Shown: positions 38,113-48,974, counted from the stretch's first letter. The stretch is 64,000 bases of DNA from an uncultured Pseudomonadota bacterium (GCA_902788365.1 CADAJN010000008.1:2331-66330); one strand, 5' to 3'. Translations and numbers: made by a program. Notes: generated from the letters alone by a model not told the origin.

Positions 38113-41076
38113 CTACACATATTGTTCGCCGTTGCCTTGGCTCTTATTACCGCCACGACGCACTGTTTTTTGCATATTAACCGAGGCCTGATCTTGGTTG
38201 CCTTTACTCGTCATATCTAACGTTTTCTGAATACGTCTGCGCGTTTGACGCAATTCTTTCATATTACCGGCGCGCTGCTCCAAAACCGCCAACTGATCAA
38301 GCTTAGCCACTTTGGCCGCATCTACCCGCACCGTTTCACATTCGCGCAAATTTTGTGCCGTTGCCCAAAAGATTAACGGCGATGCCACTTTATTTTGCGC
38401 CAATTCAACTGCTTGCAAAGCAGAATTAACCTGCGACAAACGTGCTTCCATTGTCGGTGCTTCACGTAAGAAACGATCAACCTTTGCCACCAAATCTTTT
38501 TCGCCTTTATCATGACGATTTCCCAAATAGCGCGATTTTAATGAGCGCCACTGCCGAGCACGCACATCATAGCTGGCGGCAGCAACCGTAGCCCAATTCG
38601 GCTGATGTTCGCTCACATAATGTTTCAAACGCACTTTACCTAATTTACGCTCTTCTTTTGTATGATTGCGTCCATACAAAAGATCCTTGATAACAGCAAC
38701 CTCATTTCTATTTGCTGCTGTTTGGGCTTCCGCTTCTATTGCTGCCACAATGGCTTTTTCCGTCATACCGGTAGAACGCGCCGGATTTTGGTTAACCAAC
38801 GACATTGTTGAAGCCGTATAAGCCCAATATTCCGGTGAATTATAGTTTTCTTTGGTAATCACCGGAGCATTGTAACGCTCGTGTAAATTATCAAACACAT
38901 TTTGATAAAACTTATCAAACATAAAGTCAAATTGCCGACGTTCAAAATGTGTTTTATTTGAACCGGTAGAATATTTCACCCATGCACGTTCATAATCGGC
39001 ATTACGGCAACCGCCTTTATGAGCATCTTTGGCCGCTTTCAAATCCGGAAACTCGTCTGCCAACGCATTTGCCAACAGCTTCATGGTGTTGCTCATATTA
39101 AATTGATACAATCCCATTGCATTGGTATTATAAATTGATTTTGCGTCTTTAATAGTCGGATTTAACAATGATTCATACACATGACCGGCATTCTCCGGAT
39201 ACAATTCACTAAAATCAAGTTTCATATCTTTGTAAACACCGGTACCGATGGTTGCAAGTTCGCCTTCCAATCTGGCTTTTTCTTCTTCCAACTGAACGCG
39301 CCCAGTTTCAAGCGAAATTGTATCATTAAAATCAATGTCATACGATTGCAACAGTTCTTTAGCTTTTGCCCAATCACTTGCCGACATTAAATTTTCATCA
39401 AAATCAATCACCGGTTGGTGTTGGCTTTCTGCCGAATCTGCCTGAGCTTCCGCAAACTTTTCTGCCAAACTGCGCTGCGTCACACTGTCTTCGCTATTAA
39501 CAATGAGCGAATCTGCATTTATTTCATGCATATATAATGTATCTGCTTTAGGCAATGCTGTTGACTCGCGCACACCACCCTGATTGTTGCTTAAATCCGT
39601 GCTTTCATGTATAATATTGGAAAAATCCATGTTTTTAATTTCAAACACCAATTCTCTTGCTGAAACATCCTGTTGCGATGAAGCATCTGTTTCTGTCTGA
39701 CGCGTTTCTTGGGCACGTTCTTGCTGTTGCGTCGCTCTGACGGCTTGACGCACATCTTGATTCATCGCCTTTTCGCCCTTCGATTCGCCTTTGCCGAAAT
39801 ATCTGGTTTTCAGCCCCCATTTGGCGTGCTTAATTTCATAAGAAGCATCAACAATCTTATCCAAATCGGCTTTGGCGCCGGCCTCTTGCCGAGCCTGCAA
39901 CATAATATCCACCGTGGTTTTGCCCGAAGTTTGTCCCAATGTTGAAATCACTGCAGCGCTATAGCCGAAATTTTTCGGATTCGCATAATTATCCACCGTA
40001 ATTTTCGGGAAACCGGCTTCGGCTAATTTATCAAACGTCGGCTGATATTTTTTTGCCCATACATGCTTTACGATATTATGCATCAACTCCGGCGAATATT
40101 CCTTCAACCATGCTTTTTCAAACGCTGTAGAATTAATACCGTTCTTAGCTATCACCTTTTGAATTTCCGGATATTTATCACTGTTGGCGGCAAAGAAATC
40201 TTGCAATTCCGACATCTTATTAAGCATCGGGCCAAATTCTTTGGCTGTGGTAATAGATTGTCCGCCAACCGTTGCGTTTGCTTTATTAGATGACATAAAC
40301 ACCATACTCACATTTTCCGGCATCAGTTTATGTAAACTGTCAACATACAACCCGTTATAAATACCGCTGAAATTCTGCGTTTGGCGCATTTGTGCGGTGC
40401 GCGGCGCAGCCGCTTTGCGCGGAGTCGCGGTTTGCACAATTCGTTGTTTGCTGTTAGCAATTGGTGAAGCATCATTACCGGCCATCACTTTCACACTGAA
40501 AATGCTTGAAACAAACATAGCTGCAGCCAACCCGTAACGCTTAACCGCCCGCACCGGTTTTGCAATATACGGCTTTTTAGCCAAAGCAGATAAGCCCACT
40601 CTCACGCGGCTGTTTGTGGCACGCATCATATCGCGGAAAGTGCGGCGCGGCTGTTTATTTTTCTGAGTTGTCGCCTCATCAAACATGCTTTTCAAATCAA
40701 GTTTTTGCGACAAAAAAGAATCGGACTTCTGGTGTTTTCTTTTATTTTCAAACGAATTATGCACAATATTGAACAGCGAATGCTGTGCACCATATTGCTC
40801 TTTAATTTCGCGGCGCGCTTTCACCATCATATTGATAACCTTGCGCTTACTCATTTTGCGCAAAGACGAAATCACCGTATATGAATACGCGTAATAATCT
40901 TCTGATTTATAATTGTCATAAGTAACAAGCGGAAAACCTTCTTCCGCCAACTGACGAAACAAATTCTTATACTTTTCGTCCCATTCTTTTTCCGTAATTG
41001 CTTTAATATTCAGCTCTGATGGCAAAATTTTCTGCACCACCTGTTGCCAAAGATTCTTTTGTTTATCCTGTGCCAT
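38113..41076 (-). CDS. Large protein with three internal repeats of a VgrG3-C-like lysozyme-fold domain
   Basis: Repeat core (Y...F..L...gfP.vT..NY......Y.....SL) occurs three times; third copy has YES...GLYQF...AW...Q.DF...FY...YD.R...RY...EK. Confidence 0.6.
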   Translation of the reverse strand: MAQDKQKNLWQQVVQKILPSELNIKAITEKEWDEKYKNLFRQLAEEGFPLVTYDNYKSEDYYAYSYTVISSLRKMSKRKVINMMVKARREIKEQYGAQHSLFNIVHNSFENKRKHQKSDSFLSQKLDLKSMFDEATTQKNKQPRRTFRDMMRATNSRVRVGLSALAKKPYIAKPVRAVKRYGLAAAMFVSSIFSVKVMAGNDASPIANSKQRIVQTATPRKAAAPRTAQMRQTQNFSGIYNGLYVDSLHKLMPENVSMVFMSSNKANATVGGQSITTAKEFGPMLNKMSELQDFFAANSDKYPEIQKVIAKNGINSTAFEKAWLKEYSPELMHNIVKHVWAKKYQPTFDKLAEAGFPKITVDNYANPKNFGYSAAVISTLGQTSGKTTVDIMLQARQEAGAKADLDKIVDASYEIKHAKWGLKTRYFGKGESKGEKAMNQDVRQAVRATQQQERAQETRQTETDASSQQDVSARELVFEIKNMDFSNIIHESTDLSNNQGGVRESTALPKADTLYMHEINADSLIVNSEDSVTQRSLAEKFAEAQADSAESQHQPVIDFDENLMSASDWAKAKELLQSYDIDFNDTISLETGRVQLEEEKARLEGELATIGTGVYKDMKLDFSELYPENAGHVYESLLNPTIKDAKSIYNTNAMGLYQFNMSNTMKLLANALADEFPDLKAAKDAHKGGCRNADYERAWVKYSTGSNKTHFERRQFDFMFDKFYQNVFDNLHERYNAPVITKENYNSPEYWAYTASTMSLVNQNPARSTGMTEKAIVAAIEAEAQTAANRNEVAVIKDLLYGRNHTKEERKLGKVRLKHYVSEHQPNWATVAAASYDVRARQWRSLKSRYLGNRHDKGEKDLVAKVDRFLREAPTMEARLSQVNSALQAVELAQNKVASPLIFWATAQNLRECETVRVDAAKVAKLDQLAVLEQRAGNMKELRQTRRRIQKTLDMTSKGNQDQASVNMQKTVRRGGNKSQGNGEQYV

Positions 41077-41241
41077 GTTAAACTCCTTTTGTCAATTTTC
41101 TCTAAATATAACTCATTTTAGACAAAATGTCCAGAAAAAAATGACAATATTTTTACTTCTTTTATTATAGTAAAAAACTATTAAACAAACAATAAAACAA
41201 TTTAATAAATCAAAAAAATTTTTTAGAACAATCCATCCTTA

Positions 41242-41797
41242 GTCATACAGAGGAGCCGCAGGCGACGAAGGCATCTTCGCACAAAGTGCGGTAAAAATAA
41301 CGTCATCGCTCATTCTTTCTTTCCCCTGTCATGCAGAGGAAGCCTTTTAAGGCTGACGAAGGCATCTCCGCACAAAGTGCGGCAAAAATAACGTCATCGC
41401 TCATTTTTTCTTTTCCCTGTCATGCAGAGGAGCTTTATGCCCCGTAGGCATCCCCGCACTTTAGCGCGGTAAGTGCGCTGATTATCGGACTTGCGTCCGA
41501 AGATTGTTACGTCGTGCTTCGCACTCCTCACAATGACAAAGAGTATGTCATGCAGAGGAGCCGCAGGCGACGAAGGCATCTCCGCACAAAGTGCGGTAAA
41601 TGCGCTGATTATCGGACTTACGTCCGAAGATTGTTACGTCGTGCTTCGCACTCCTCACAATGACAAAGAGTATGTCATACAGAGGAGTGTTTGTAAAACT
41701 CGACGAAAGCATCTCCGCACAAAGTGCGGTAAAACAATACTGTCATGCCACTGCGATCCTTTTTAAAATGTCATTGCCCGACGAAATTGGCAATCTC
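41242..41797. repeat. BIME-like REP cluster
   Basis: Five GTCAT(G/A)CAGAGGA...GCATC..CGCAC units, two inverted AGATTGTTACGTCGTGCTTCGCACTCCTCACAATGAC partners. Confidence 0.9.
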
Positions 41798-41905
41798 GGT
41801 TGCTTCTTATAATTCGCCGTCACCACGACTCACCTCTACCCAAAAAAAGCGCCTGTCTGAATGACAAGCGCCTTCTAGGAGTTTTACCGTTAAATGAGAA
41901 ATCAA

Positions 41906-44440
41906 TTACATCTCAATTACTTGTGATTTCACGTGATTGCCTGATCTAAGCATATTCGGATGTTGGTTTTTACCATCAATAGTCGTTCCGCGCTCAACTT
42001 CCCATTTACCTTCACGTTTCACATCTTGATTTTCAACTTCATCATTCAAGTTAACCTGACGCGGAGTGTCTTCATTTTTCAGCTCATCATTCAACTTAAC
42101 TTGCTTCGGTGCAGGAGGTTCATCATGATGAATCGTCTTCGGCGCACGTGGACGACCTTCTTCCCAAGCATTTTGATAATTTCCTTGACCGTCCGGACAT
42201 CTGTAAGTTCCACCAATATAACGGTTATTTGTTACACCTCTGTCAACGCCTTCACCGATATACGCACCCTTCTTTTCATCAACTAAGTTCAGAACACCAT
42301 TCAACTTCGCGGCAGAAACATCAACTGTTTCACCGCAAATAATGATTCTGGTCAAGGCGCGCATTTCCTCTTGGTTGTTGTAATACATCGGCAACCCATT
42401 GCTATCAAGTGTTGTAACCCAGAACTTACCTTCTTTGTGAGCCATTTCGGTTTGTTCAATGCTCTTCATGAATTTATAAACAACCTGTTCATTTGATTCA
42501 CCTTGGAAGTAGCCGCTGTTGCGAGCATTTTCAATGTTTTGATACATCTTTTGCATTGCTTCTTCCGGAGAAGAATTTTCTTTACCGAACCAATCAGCAT
42601 GCTCTTTATAAATACCGGTAATTTTTCTCAGTATTTCATTGTAGTGTTCTTGCGAAATGGTACCGGCATATTCAGTAGATACAGAAGTAACTTCTTCAGT
42701 CGTTTGACCTTCGGTAGTTTGACCTTCGGTAGTTTGACCTTCTGTCGTCTGACCTTCAGTCGTTTGACCTTCTGTCGTTTGACCTTCAGTCGTTTGGCCT
42801 TCGGTTGTCTCGCCTTGTTGCTGATTAAGCGCTCCTTGCGCTTTTCCGCCCGAAGTTGTCGGTGTTTCATCACCTGACAAATAAGAATGAGCCAAACTGA
42901 TTATTTCACTAACACCGGCAGTTGCAGCTGTAAGCCAAAAGCTGATTTTGCTCATTTTAGCTTTCTGACGGCTTTCTTCGGTCTGGTCCTTTTGAGCTTG
43001 TTTATCATCTTCTCTCATAAACTTATATTGAACGCCCAAGTTACCAAAAATACGCATGGTTGAAGCGCCCAATTTAGCATTTACGAGTGTTGCCATATTA
43101 GCTTCTTGACCGACAAACCCTGCCGCACCGATTAACAAACCACCGACCACACCTGCTGCGGTATTAACGGCGGCACGTTGCAAATAGCGTTTCTTTTCAT
43201 CGCCTTCCATAGACTTAAAGATGTTCCACAAGCTCTTAACTTTGCCTTGATTATTTAATTCGGCAATCAGTTCATCATTTTTGTCTTTTTTAGCCTGACG
43301 CAACATCGCTTCACGTTTTTCAATAAGCGGCCAAACCACAGAACCGGCACCGATAAATGCAGCATAACCAGCAGCAATTACAGCAGCCTTTCCGGCTGAA
43401 ACATGCGGCGTAGAAACAGCAACAGTCACACCGGCCAAGCCCATGGCAATATATTTATACTTGTTGTTCTTCATGTTGTCGGCAATGGCATGACGTTGTT
43501 CATAAGCCTTGCCGAACCAGCCCTTCATTTTGCTCACAAAGCCGGTTTTTTGCTTTTCAATCGCATTGGCAGCATTCACCATACCCAATTGACGATACAG
43601 TTTGGCACGTTCTTCCATTCTGAGTTGCGTGTCAACCATGCTGTTAATCAGCTGACCTTTGTGCACATCAGCTTTTTTGCCGCTGTTCGTTATTTCTGCC
43701 AAACGTCTGATAACACCTTTGGCATAGTTTTGAAAAGAGAATGATTTTTTCTTTGTTGCCTCTGTCAAGTGCATATCATTGCTGGCACCGATAGCCACCA
43801 ACATTTTATTTTGGAATGTGCTTTTAATGCTGTCTCTGATTTCTTGTCTTCTTTTGTCTGCCGACAGCTTAAACAACTCATCTTCTGCCGCACGATCGGA
43901 AATCACCTGATTTTTTGCCGATTCTAATAAACCGTTAAAAAGCTTTTCTCTTTCCGCATCAGAAACCGGTGCAAAATCATTTTCTTCATCAACAATATTT
44001 ATGCTGTCGCGCAATTGTTTGGTTGCACTATCTTGTTTTAATTCTTCAATCAAACCTTTAGCGTCATGATCCATTCTACGAATATTCATCGTAACTTGGT
44101 CATCTTTATTGATCTCAATATGGTTTGCTTCGGCATAGCGTTGGAAAGCATCATCGGCTTCAATCATAATTGCTTGACTGTCTAAAGCTTCGCCGATTTT
44201 ATACAGACCTTCATAATCTTCGCTGATACGCGCCGTCGGCAAATAAGCTGCCGCACGATTTTGTCTGTCTGTTTTAACTTCGGCATCACCGGTCAAACCC
44301 AAGCTGGCTAAAAAGTCATTTTCGCCGGCTGCTTTAACAATTGCCAAAGCTTCGTCAAATTTCATAAACTCTGTTTTATCTTGCAAATATACCTTAGCTT
44401 CATCTAAAGTCATTTTTGCATCTGTATTTGTTGTTGTCAT
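41906..44440 (-). CDS. Large lineage-specific protein: coiled-coil N-terminus, central hydrophobic hairpins, TTEGQ repeats
   Basis: Start probably MTTTNT after AGGAG; several Gly/Ala-rich hydrophobic segments; no signal peptide. Confidence 0.8.
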   Translation of the reverse strand: MTTTNTDAKMTLDEAKVYLQDKTEFMKFDEALAIVKAAGENDFLASLGLTGDAEVKTDRQNRAAAYLPTARISEDYEGLYKIGEALDSQAIMIEADDAFQRYAEANHIEINKDDQVTMNIRRMDHDAKGLIEELKQDSATKQLRDSINIVDEENDFAPVSDAEREKLFNGLLESAKNQVISDRAAEDELFKLSADKRRQEIRDSIKSTFQNKMLVAIGASNDMHLTEATKKKSFSFQNYAKGVIRRLAEITNSGKKADVHKGQLINSMVDTQLRMEERAKLYRQLGMVNAANAIEKQKTGFVSKMKGWFGKAYEQRHAIADNMKNNKYKYIAMGLAGVTVAVSTPHVSAGKAAVIAAGYAAFIGAGSVVWPLIEKREAMLRQAKKDKNDELIAELNNQGKVKSLWNIFKSMEGDEKKRYLQRAAVNTAAGVVGGLLIGAAGFVGQEANMATLVNAKLGASTMRIFGNLGVQYKFMREDDKQAQKDQTEESRQKAKMSKISFWLTAATAGVSEIISLAHSYLSGDETPTTSGGKAQGALNQQQGETTEGQTTEGQTTEGQTTEGQTTEGQTTEGQTTEGQTTEEVTSVSTEYAGTISQEHYNEILRKITGIYKEHADWFGKENSSPEEAMQKMYQNIENARNSGYFQGESNEQVVYKFMKSIEQTEMAHKEGKFWVTTLDSNGLPMYYNNQEEMRALTRIIICGETVDVSAAKLNGVLNLVDEKKGAYIGEGVDRGVTNNRYIGGTYRCPDGQGNYQNAWEEGRPRAPKTIHHDEPPAPKQVKLNDELKNEDTPRQVNLNDEVENQDVKREGKWEVERGTTIDGKNQHPNMLRSGNHVKSQVIEM
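42695..42808 (-). repeat. Coding 15-bp tandem repeat, (TTEGQ)x7 plus TTE
   Basis: TTGACCTTC(A/G/T)GT(C/A)GT periodicity. Confidence 0.95.
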
Positions 44441-44791
44441 TTGTAAAACTCCTATTTTCTCATTCATTTCTGAACAGACTATACACCATTTAAAAACAGA
44501 TTGCAACAACTTTTTGTCAAAAAAATGAAAAAATTTACTTTTTTTAAATAAAACCCCACTTCTATTATATATAAAGTAATTGACAAATTAAAAAAAATGT
44601 CCAAAATATTTTTTCATAAATTTTTTTGTTGCCATCTTACATGATAAATTTCCACCGATTGAAGCCGGAAACTTGCGTTTCCTGCGCATGTCATTACCCG
44701 ATTCAATCGGGTAATCTCGGCAAATTAAAAAACATCTTGCTTTCATCGGCCGAACATATTATAAAAGCGCCATAACAGCGGAGATATAACA

Positions 44792-45874
44792 ATGAAAGTG
44801 GATATTTTTGATTTTGAATTAGATAAAGAACTGATTGCCAAACAACCGGCCAATCCGCGCGATTCTTCACGGCTTCTAGATTTATCGGACGAAACTGTCA
44901 TTAATGACCGCCATTTTTACGATTTGCCGCAACTGCTGCACGCCGGTGATGTGATGGTATTTAACGATACAAAAGTCATTCCGGCACGCCTATACGGCCA
45001 ACGCGGCGAAGCTTTGGTAGAAGTTACGTTATATCATCCGGATGATGGAATCCGCTGGTGGTCGTTCATCAAAAATTCCAAACGCCTGCATATCGGTGAT
45101 GAAATTCGCTTTTATACCGCCGAAATCAGTGCCGCCGATTCGCAATTTACGGCTGAAGTGGTGCAAAAAGACCAAGAAGACGGTGTGCTGATAAAATTTA
45201 ATTGTGCCACCGATGATTTAGGCAAGCTTTTAGAACAATACGGTTCCATGCCTTTACCGCCGTATATCAAGCGCGACCGGCCACTTACCGGCTTGTGGAA
45301 CCGTTATAACGACAAAGAAGACTATCAAACCGTATATGCCAAACACGAAGGCGCCGTTGCCGCCCCAACTGCCGGTCTGCACTTTACCGACAGACTGCTT
45401 AAACAAATTGACGATATGGGTGTTCAACGTGTGTTTTTAACTTTGCATGTCGGCGCCGGCACTTTTCTGCCGGTCAAAACCGATGATACCGAAAATCACA
45501 AAATGCACGCCGAATATGGTGTTATATCGCCTGAAACCTGCGAAATTATTAACCGTGCCAAACGCGAAGGTCGCCGCATTATTGCCGTAGGCACCACCTC
45601 GGTGCGTTTATTGGAAAGTGCAGCTGATGAAAGCGGTGTTTTGCACCCGTTCTGCGGCGAAACCGATATTTTCATCACACCGGGCTATAAATTCCGCATT
45701 TTAGACACCATTATTACCAATTTTCACTTGCCGAAATCTACACTGTTTATGCTCATTTGCGCCATCGGCGGCATAAAGCACATGCAACAGGCTTATGCTC
45801 ATGCCATTAAAGAAAAATATCGTTTTTATTCTTATGGTGACAGTTGCATTATCAAATGCGTAAATAAAATTTAA
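44792..45874 (+). CDS. queA: SAM:tRNA ribosyltransferase-isomerase
   Basis: FNDTKVIPARL, PLPPYI, YQTVYA, AAPTAGLHFT, LHVGAGTF, AVGTTSVR, TNFHLPKSTL, YRFYSYGD. Confidence 0.98.
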   Translation: MKVDIFDFELDKELIAKQPANPRDSSRLLDLSDETVINDRHFYDLPQLLHAGDVMVFNDTKVIPARLYGQRGEALVEVTLYHPDDGIRWWSFIKNSKRLHIGDEIRFYTAEISAADSQFTAEVVQKDQEDGVLIKFNCATDDLGKLLEQYGSMPLPPYIKRDRPLTGLWNRYNDKEDYQTVYAKHEGAVAAPTAGLHFTDRLLKQIDDMGVQRVFLTLHVGAGTFLPVKTDDTENHKMHAEYGVISPETCEIINRAKREGRRIIAVGTTSVRLLESAADESGVLHPFCGETDIFITPGYKFRILDTIITNFHLPKSTLFMLICAIGGIKHMQQAYAHAIKEKYRFYSYGDSCIIKCVNKI

Positions 45875-45914
45875 ACCCTTTTGCCTTATCTTGTCCGCAT
45901 ACAGGAGAAAAAAT

Positions 45915-47093
45915 ATGCGGTTGGCATGGAGTCAAAATTTTAAGCAAACCATCATTACCATCAAACGGTCATTTTTACCGGCAACTCTGCTTGCCGCGGC
46001 ATTGGTGCTGTTTTTTGCGCAAAACCCGTTTGAGTTTGACTTCAGCAACATTTTGCACTATTGTTTTTTGGCCATAAATCTTGCCGGTTTGCTGTTTTTG
46101 GCACTCACCAATCAAAACAAACCGTTTTTCAGTCTTGGCATGGGGCTGATTTGCTATTTGCTGCTAAATTGGCTGAAAAGCAAAGCCGGCGATAATTTTA
46201 TCACCGACAGCCGCTTTTTATGGCTGTGTTTTTTAATGCCGCTAAACTTCGGGTTGTTTTATTTTTTACCAACCGGAAAACTTCGCACCATGCAGAGCGT
46301 ATACATTTTGGCGGCAATATTGGTAGAGCTTGCTTTTATTGATCGCGCCGGCAATTTAATCGCCGAATTTCCGTATATTGAAATTTGTTGGCAAAGTATG
46401 CCGCTTTGGCTTGCTTTGCTATGGTTTATTGTGTTGGCTTGCCAGTTGCTGGCGGTATGTTTTCGCGCCACGCATCTCAATTTGGGCCTGTTTTATGGTT
46501 ATTGCAGCTTATTTTTGGGCTTTATTTATGCCGATACGCCGTCTGGTTTAAGTGTTTTCTTTTTAGGCTTTGCGCTGATTCTGACCACAGCGTCTTTGCT
46601 TGATTTTCATCACCGTTATTACTATGACGACTTGGAAAATGTTGAAAGTTACGCCACTTTTTTGGCACACTGTGCCAATAGATTTGCCTTTAAATATTCC
46701 ATCGGCATTTTCAGCATAGATAATCGCGACAAATGGCGTGCCGAAATCGGCGCCGGAAAACTCCAAACCCTAGAGCAAATGATTGTCCAAAAAATCCGAG
46801 AATTTCCCGAAGAATATGATGTTTATCGCTATAATCACGAAGAATATATTATTGTCTTTAATAATCAAAACAATAAGCAGGCACGCGATAATGCCGAAAA
46901 CATTCGCCGCACCATAGCGGCAGCCGAATTTGTTTTCACCTCCGGCAAAAGCATCAAAATCACTGTCTCGGTAGCCATTGCCGAGAAAACGCGCAAATAT
47001 ATGGAGGGTGCGATTGTTGCCGAACGTGCGCATGAAGGGCTGCAAAAAAGCCACAAATTTAACAGCAATATTGTTACCATTGTGCCAAACTAG
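45915..47093 (+). CDS. Membrane protein with degenerate GGDEF domain
   Basis: About 8 TM segments then a GGDEF fold; RYNHEEY in place of RYGGEEF; AENIRRTI, ITVSVAIA. Confidence 0.75.
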   Translation: MRLAWSQNFKQTIITIKRSFLPATLLAAALVLFFAQNPFEFDFSNILHYCFLAINLAGLLFLALTNQNKPFFSLGMGLICYLLLNWLKSKAGDNFITDSRFLWLCFLMPLNFGLFYFLPTGKLRTMQSVYILAAILVELAFIDRAGNLIAEFPYIEICWQSMPLWLALLWFIVLACQLLAVCFRATHLNLGLFYGYCSLFLGFIYADTPSGLSVFFLGFALILTTASLLDFHHRYYYDDLENVESYATFLAHCANRFAFKYSIGIFSIDNRDKWRAEIGAGKLQTLEQMIVQKIREFPEEYDVYRYNHEEYIIVFNNQNNKQARDNAENIRRTIAAAEFVFTSGKSIKITVSVAIAEKTRKYMEGAIVAERAHEGLQKSHKFNSNIVTIVPN

Positions 47094-47890
47094 GCTTTTT
47101 TCAGCGGTCGACAAGCCCGATACAATAACCACACGCCAAGTGCAATAATCGGCAGAGATAGACACTGCCCCATGGTCAGACCGCCCCACAAAAAGCCGAT
47201 TTGCGCATCCGGTTCACGGAATTGTTCCACAAAAGCACGGCAACCGGCATAGCCAAGCAAAAACACGCCCGATAAAAAGCCTTTGCGTTCGCGACACCAT
47301 TTTACCTGCCACAGCACATTCAGCACAACAAACAACAGGATTCCTTCCAGACACGCCTCATACAGTTGCGAGGGGTGCCGCGGCACATAACCGCCGCGCG
47401 GAAAGCGCACTGCCCATGCCACATCAGTGGTGCGTCCCCATAGTTCGTCATTGGCAAAATTGGCTAAGCGCCCCAAAAAAATCCCCAGCGGCACCACCGG
47501 TGCCACCAAATCCGTTAAACCCAAAAACGAAAATTTCAAATGTTTTGACAGCAGATAAATAGCGATAATCACTCCCAAAATGCCGCCATGAAAAGACATT
47601 CCTCCGTGCCACAACGCAAAAATCTGCCACGGCTGATGCCAATATTGACCGGCACCATAAAACAAAACATAGCCGAGCCTTCCGCCTAAAATAATGCCCA
47701 GTGTTATATAAAATGCGGCATCTTCCAAATTTTTTGATGTTAGAGCAATATCATATTTTTTTACCCGCTTGGCCACTAACCACCAACCGAACAAAATACC
47801 GACTAAATAGGCCATAGAATACCAACGTAACGCCAACGGCCCCACAGAAAAAATAATCGGCGAAATCGCCGGATATGCCAAACCTGTCAT
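47090..47890 (-). CDS. lgt: Prolipoprotein diacylglyceryl transferase
   Basis: LRWYS, GGRLGYVLFY, GGMSFHGG, GRLANFANDELWGR, RHPSQLYEA, FREPD; start at ATG 47890. Confidence 0.97.
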   Translation of the reverse strand: MTGLAYPAISPIIFSVGPLALRWYSMAYLVGILFGWWLVAKRVKKYDIALTSKNLEDAAFYITLGIILGGRLGYVLFYGAGQYWHQPWQIFALWHGGMSFHGGILGVIIAIYLLSKHLKFSFLGLTDLVAPVVPLGIFLGRLANFANDELWGRTTDVAWAVRFPRGGYVPRHPSQLYEACLEGILLFVVLNVLWQVKWCRERKGFLSGVFLLGYAGCRAFVEQFREPDAQIGFLWGGLTMGQCLSLPIIALGVWLLYRACRPLKKA

Positions 47891-48128
47891 TTTCAGCCTC
47901 TCATATATATAATTACTTAAAAGTATATTAAGAAAAAACAGATAATCCACATTTAAAAAAAAATTATAAACACCATTATTTGCATCACATTGATTTTGCA
48001 CAATTTATAAAAATAAAAAAGGCAAAAAAAATTTTTTTACGCAAAAAAAGTGGAAAACTTAAGTATAAAAATTGTCAGCCGACTCGATATTATGTCATCA
48101 TAATTTCGGAAACCAACAAGGATTTGAA

Positions 48129-48605
48129 ATGCTCGCCGAAAGTTTATGTAAATACAACCCGATTGATGATATTGAATGCCTGTTTGCCAAGCAACAGCAT
48201 TCCACCGAACGTCGTTCCGACAGTGAAATCGTGGTTGAAATCTCCGGTAAATGGGATAATATGCTCCTTTTCTTTGCATGGGAAGAACAGTTAAATTGTC
48301 TGCACATTTCCTGCCTGATTAACCTGACACCGGAAGCGGTAAACCTGCCAAGCATTTTTGAATTGTTGGCTCTTTTAAATGAAGATTTGTGGGTAGGTTA
48401 TTTTTCATATTGGGAAGAAGCGCAAATGCCTATTTTCAAACATTCTATTTTTATTGATGAAAAAGATACAAATTTGGTCTCAAAATTAAGCCAGATTCTC
48501 AACATTGCCATCACCGAATGTGAACGAGCCTACCCGATTTTCCACGCTGTTTTGAAGCAAAACATTGCCCCTCGCCGTGCATTATTGCCACTTACGTTGA
48601 TGTAA
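48129..48605 (+). CDS. YbjN domain protein (alphaproteobacterial type)
   Basis: NPIDDIE, G.W, ELLALLNEDLWVGYF, AITECERAYP.F. Confidence 0.85.
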   Translation: MLAESLCKYNPIDDIECLFAKQQHSTERRSDSEIVVEISGKWDNMLLFFAWEEQLNCLHISCLINLTPEAVNLPSIFELLALLNEDLWVGYFSYWEEAQMPIFKHSIFIDEKDTNLVSKLSQILNIAITECERAYPIFHAVLKQNIAPRRALLPLTLM

Positions 48606-48804
48606 AATAAAGCTCTCCTGCAAAGCACTCTGCAGGCATCTTCGCACGTCAGTGCACCCTCCGCCAATACGCCATGACGCGCGCCAGCGCTTTAAATGTC
48701 ACCCCTCCGTGCTCTGCACGGATAAGGGGTCTACCGATTCTTATAATAAATTTTGCTTGCATTTTGGTATTGTTGGTTTAATATAAATTTGCCGACAAGA
48801 GATT

Positions 48805-48945
48805 GCCGGCGGAGTATCCTAACTCCGAATAAGAAATAAACTCCTCTTTTGGGGAGCCGGCAAAATATATTGAATATGCCGGACTGTTCTCTTATTACAG
48901 TTAGGAACTCCCCGCCTTGAAGGAATTTGAGGCGGTTTTTTTGTT
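48805..48945 (+). ncRNA. C4-like antisense RNA cassette with upstream target site and terminator
   Basis: GGGGAG[CCGGCA..TGCCGG][ACTG-TTCTCTTATTA-CAGT]TAGGAA-CTCCCC; loops complementary to upstream TCCTAAC and AATAAGA; CCGCC..GGCGG-T7 terminator. Confidence 0.6.
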
Positions 48946-48974
48946 GAAATTAACAAAAAAGAGGAGTTCTGAAA

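Noticed and set aside
41242-41797. CRISPR array
   Set aside because: Units vary in length and sequence, occur in inverted pairs, and the spacers are themselves repeated; no cas genes. Fits REP/BIME.
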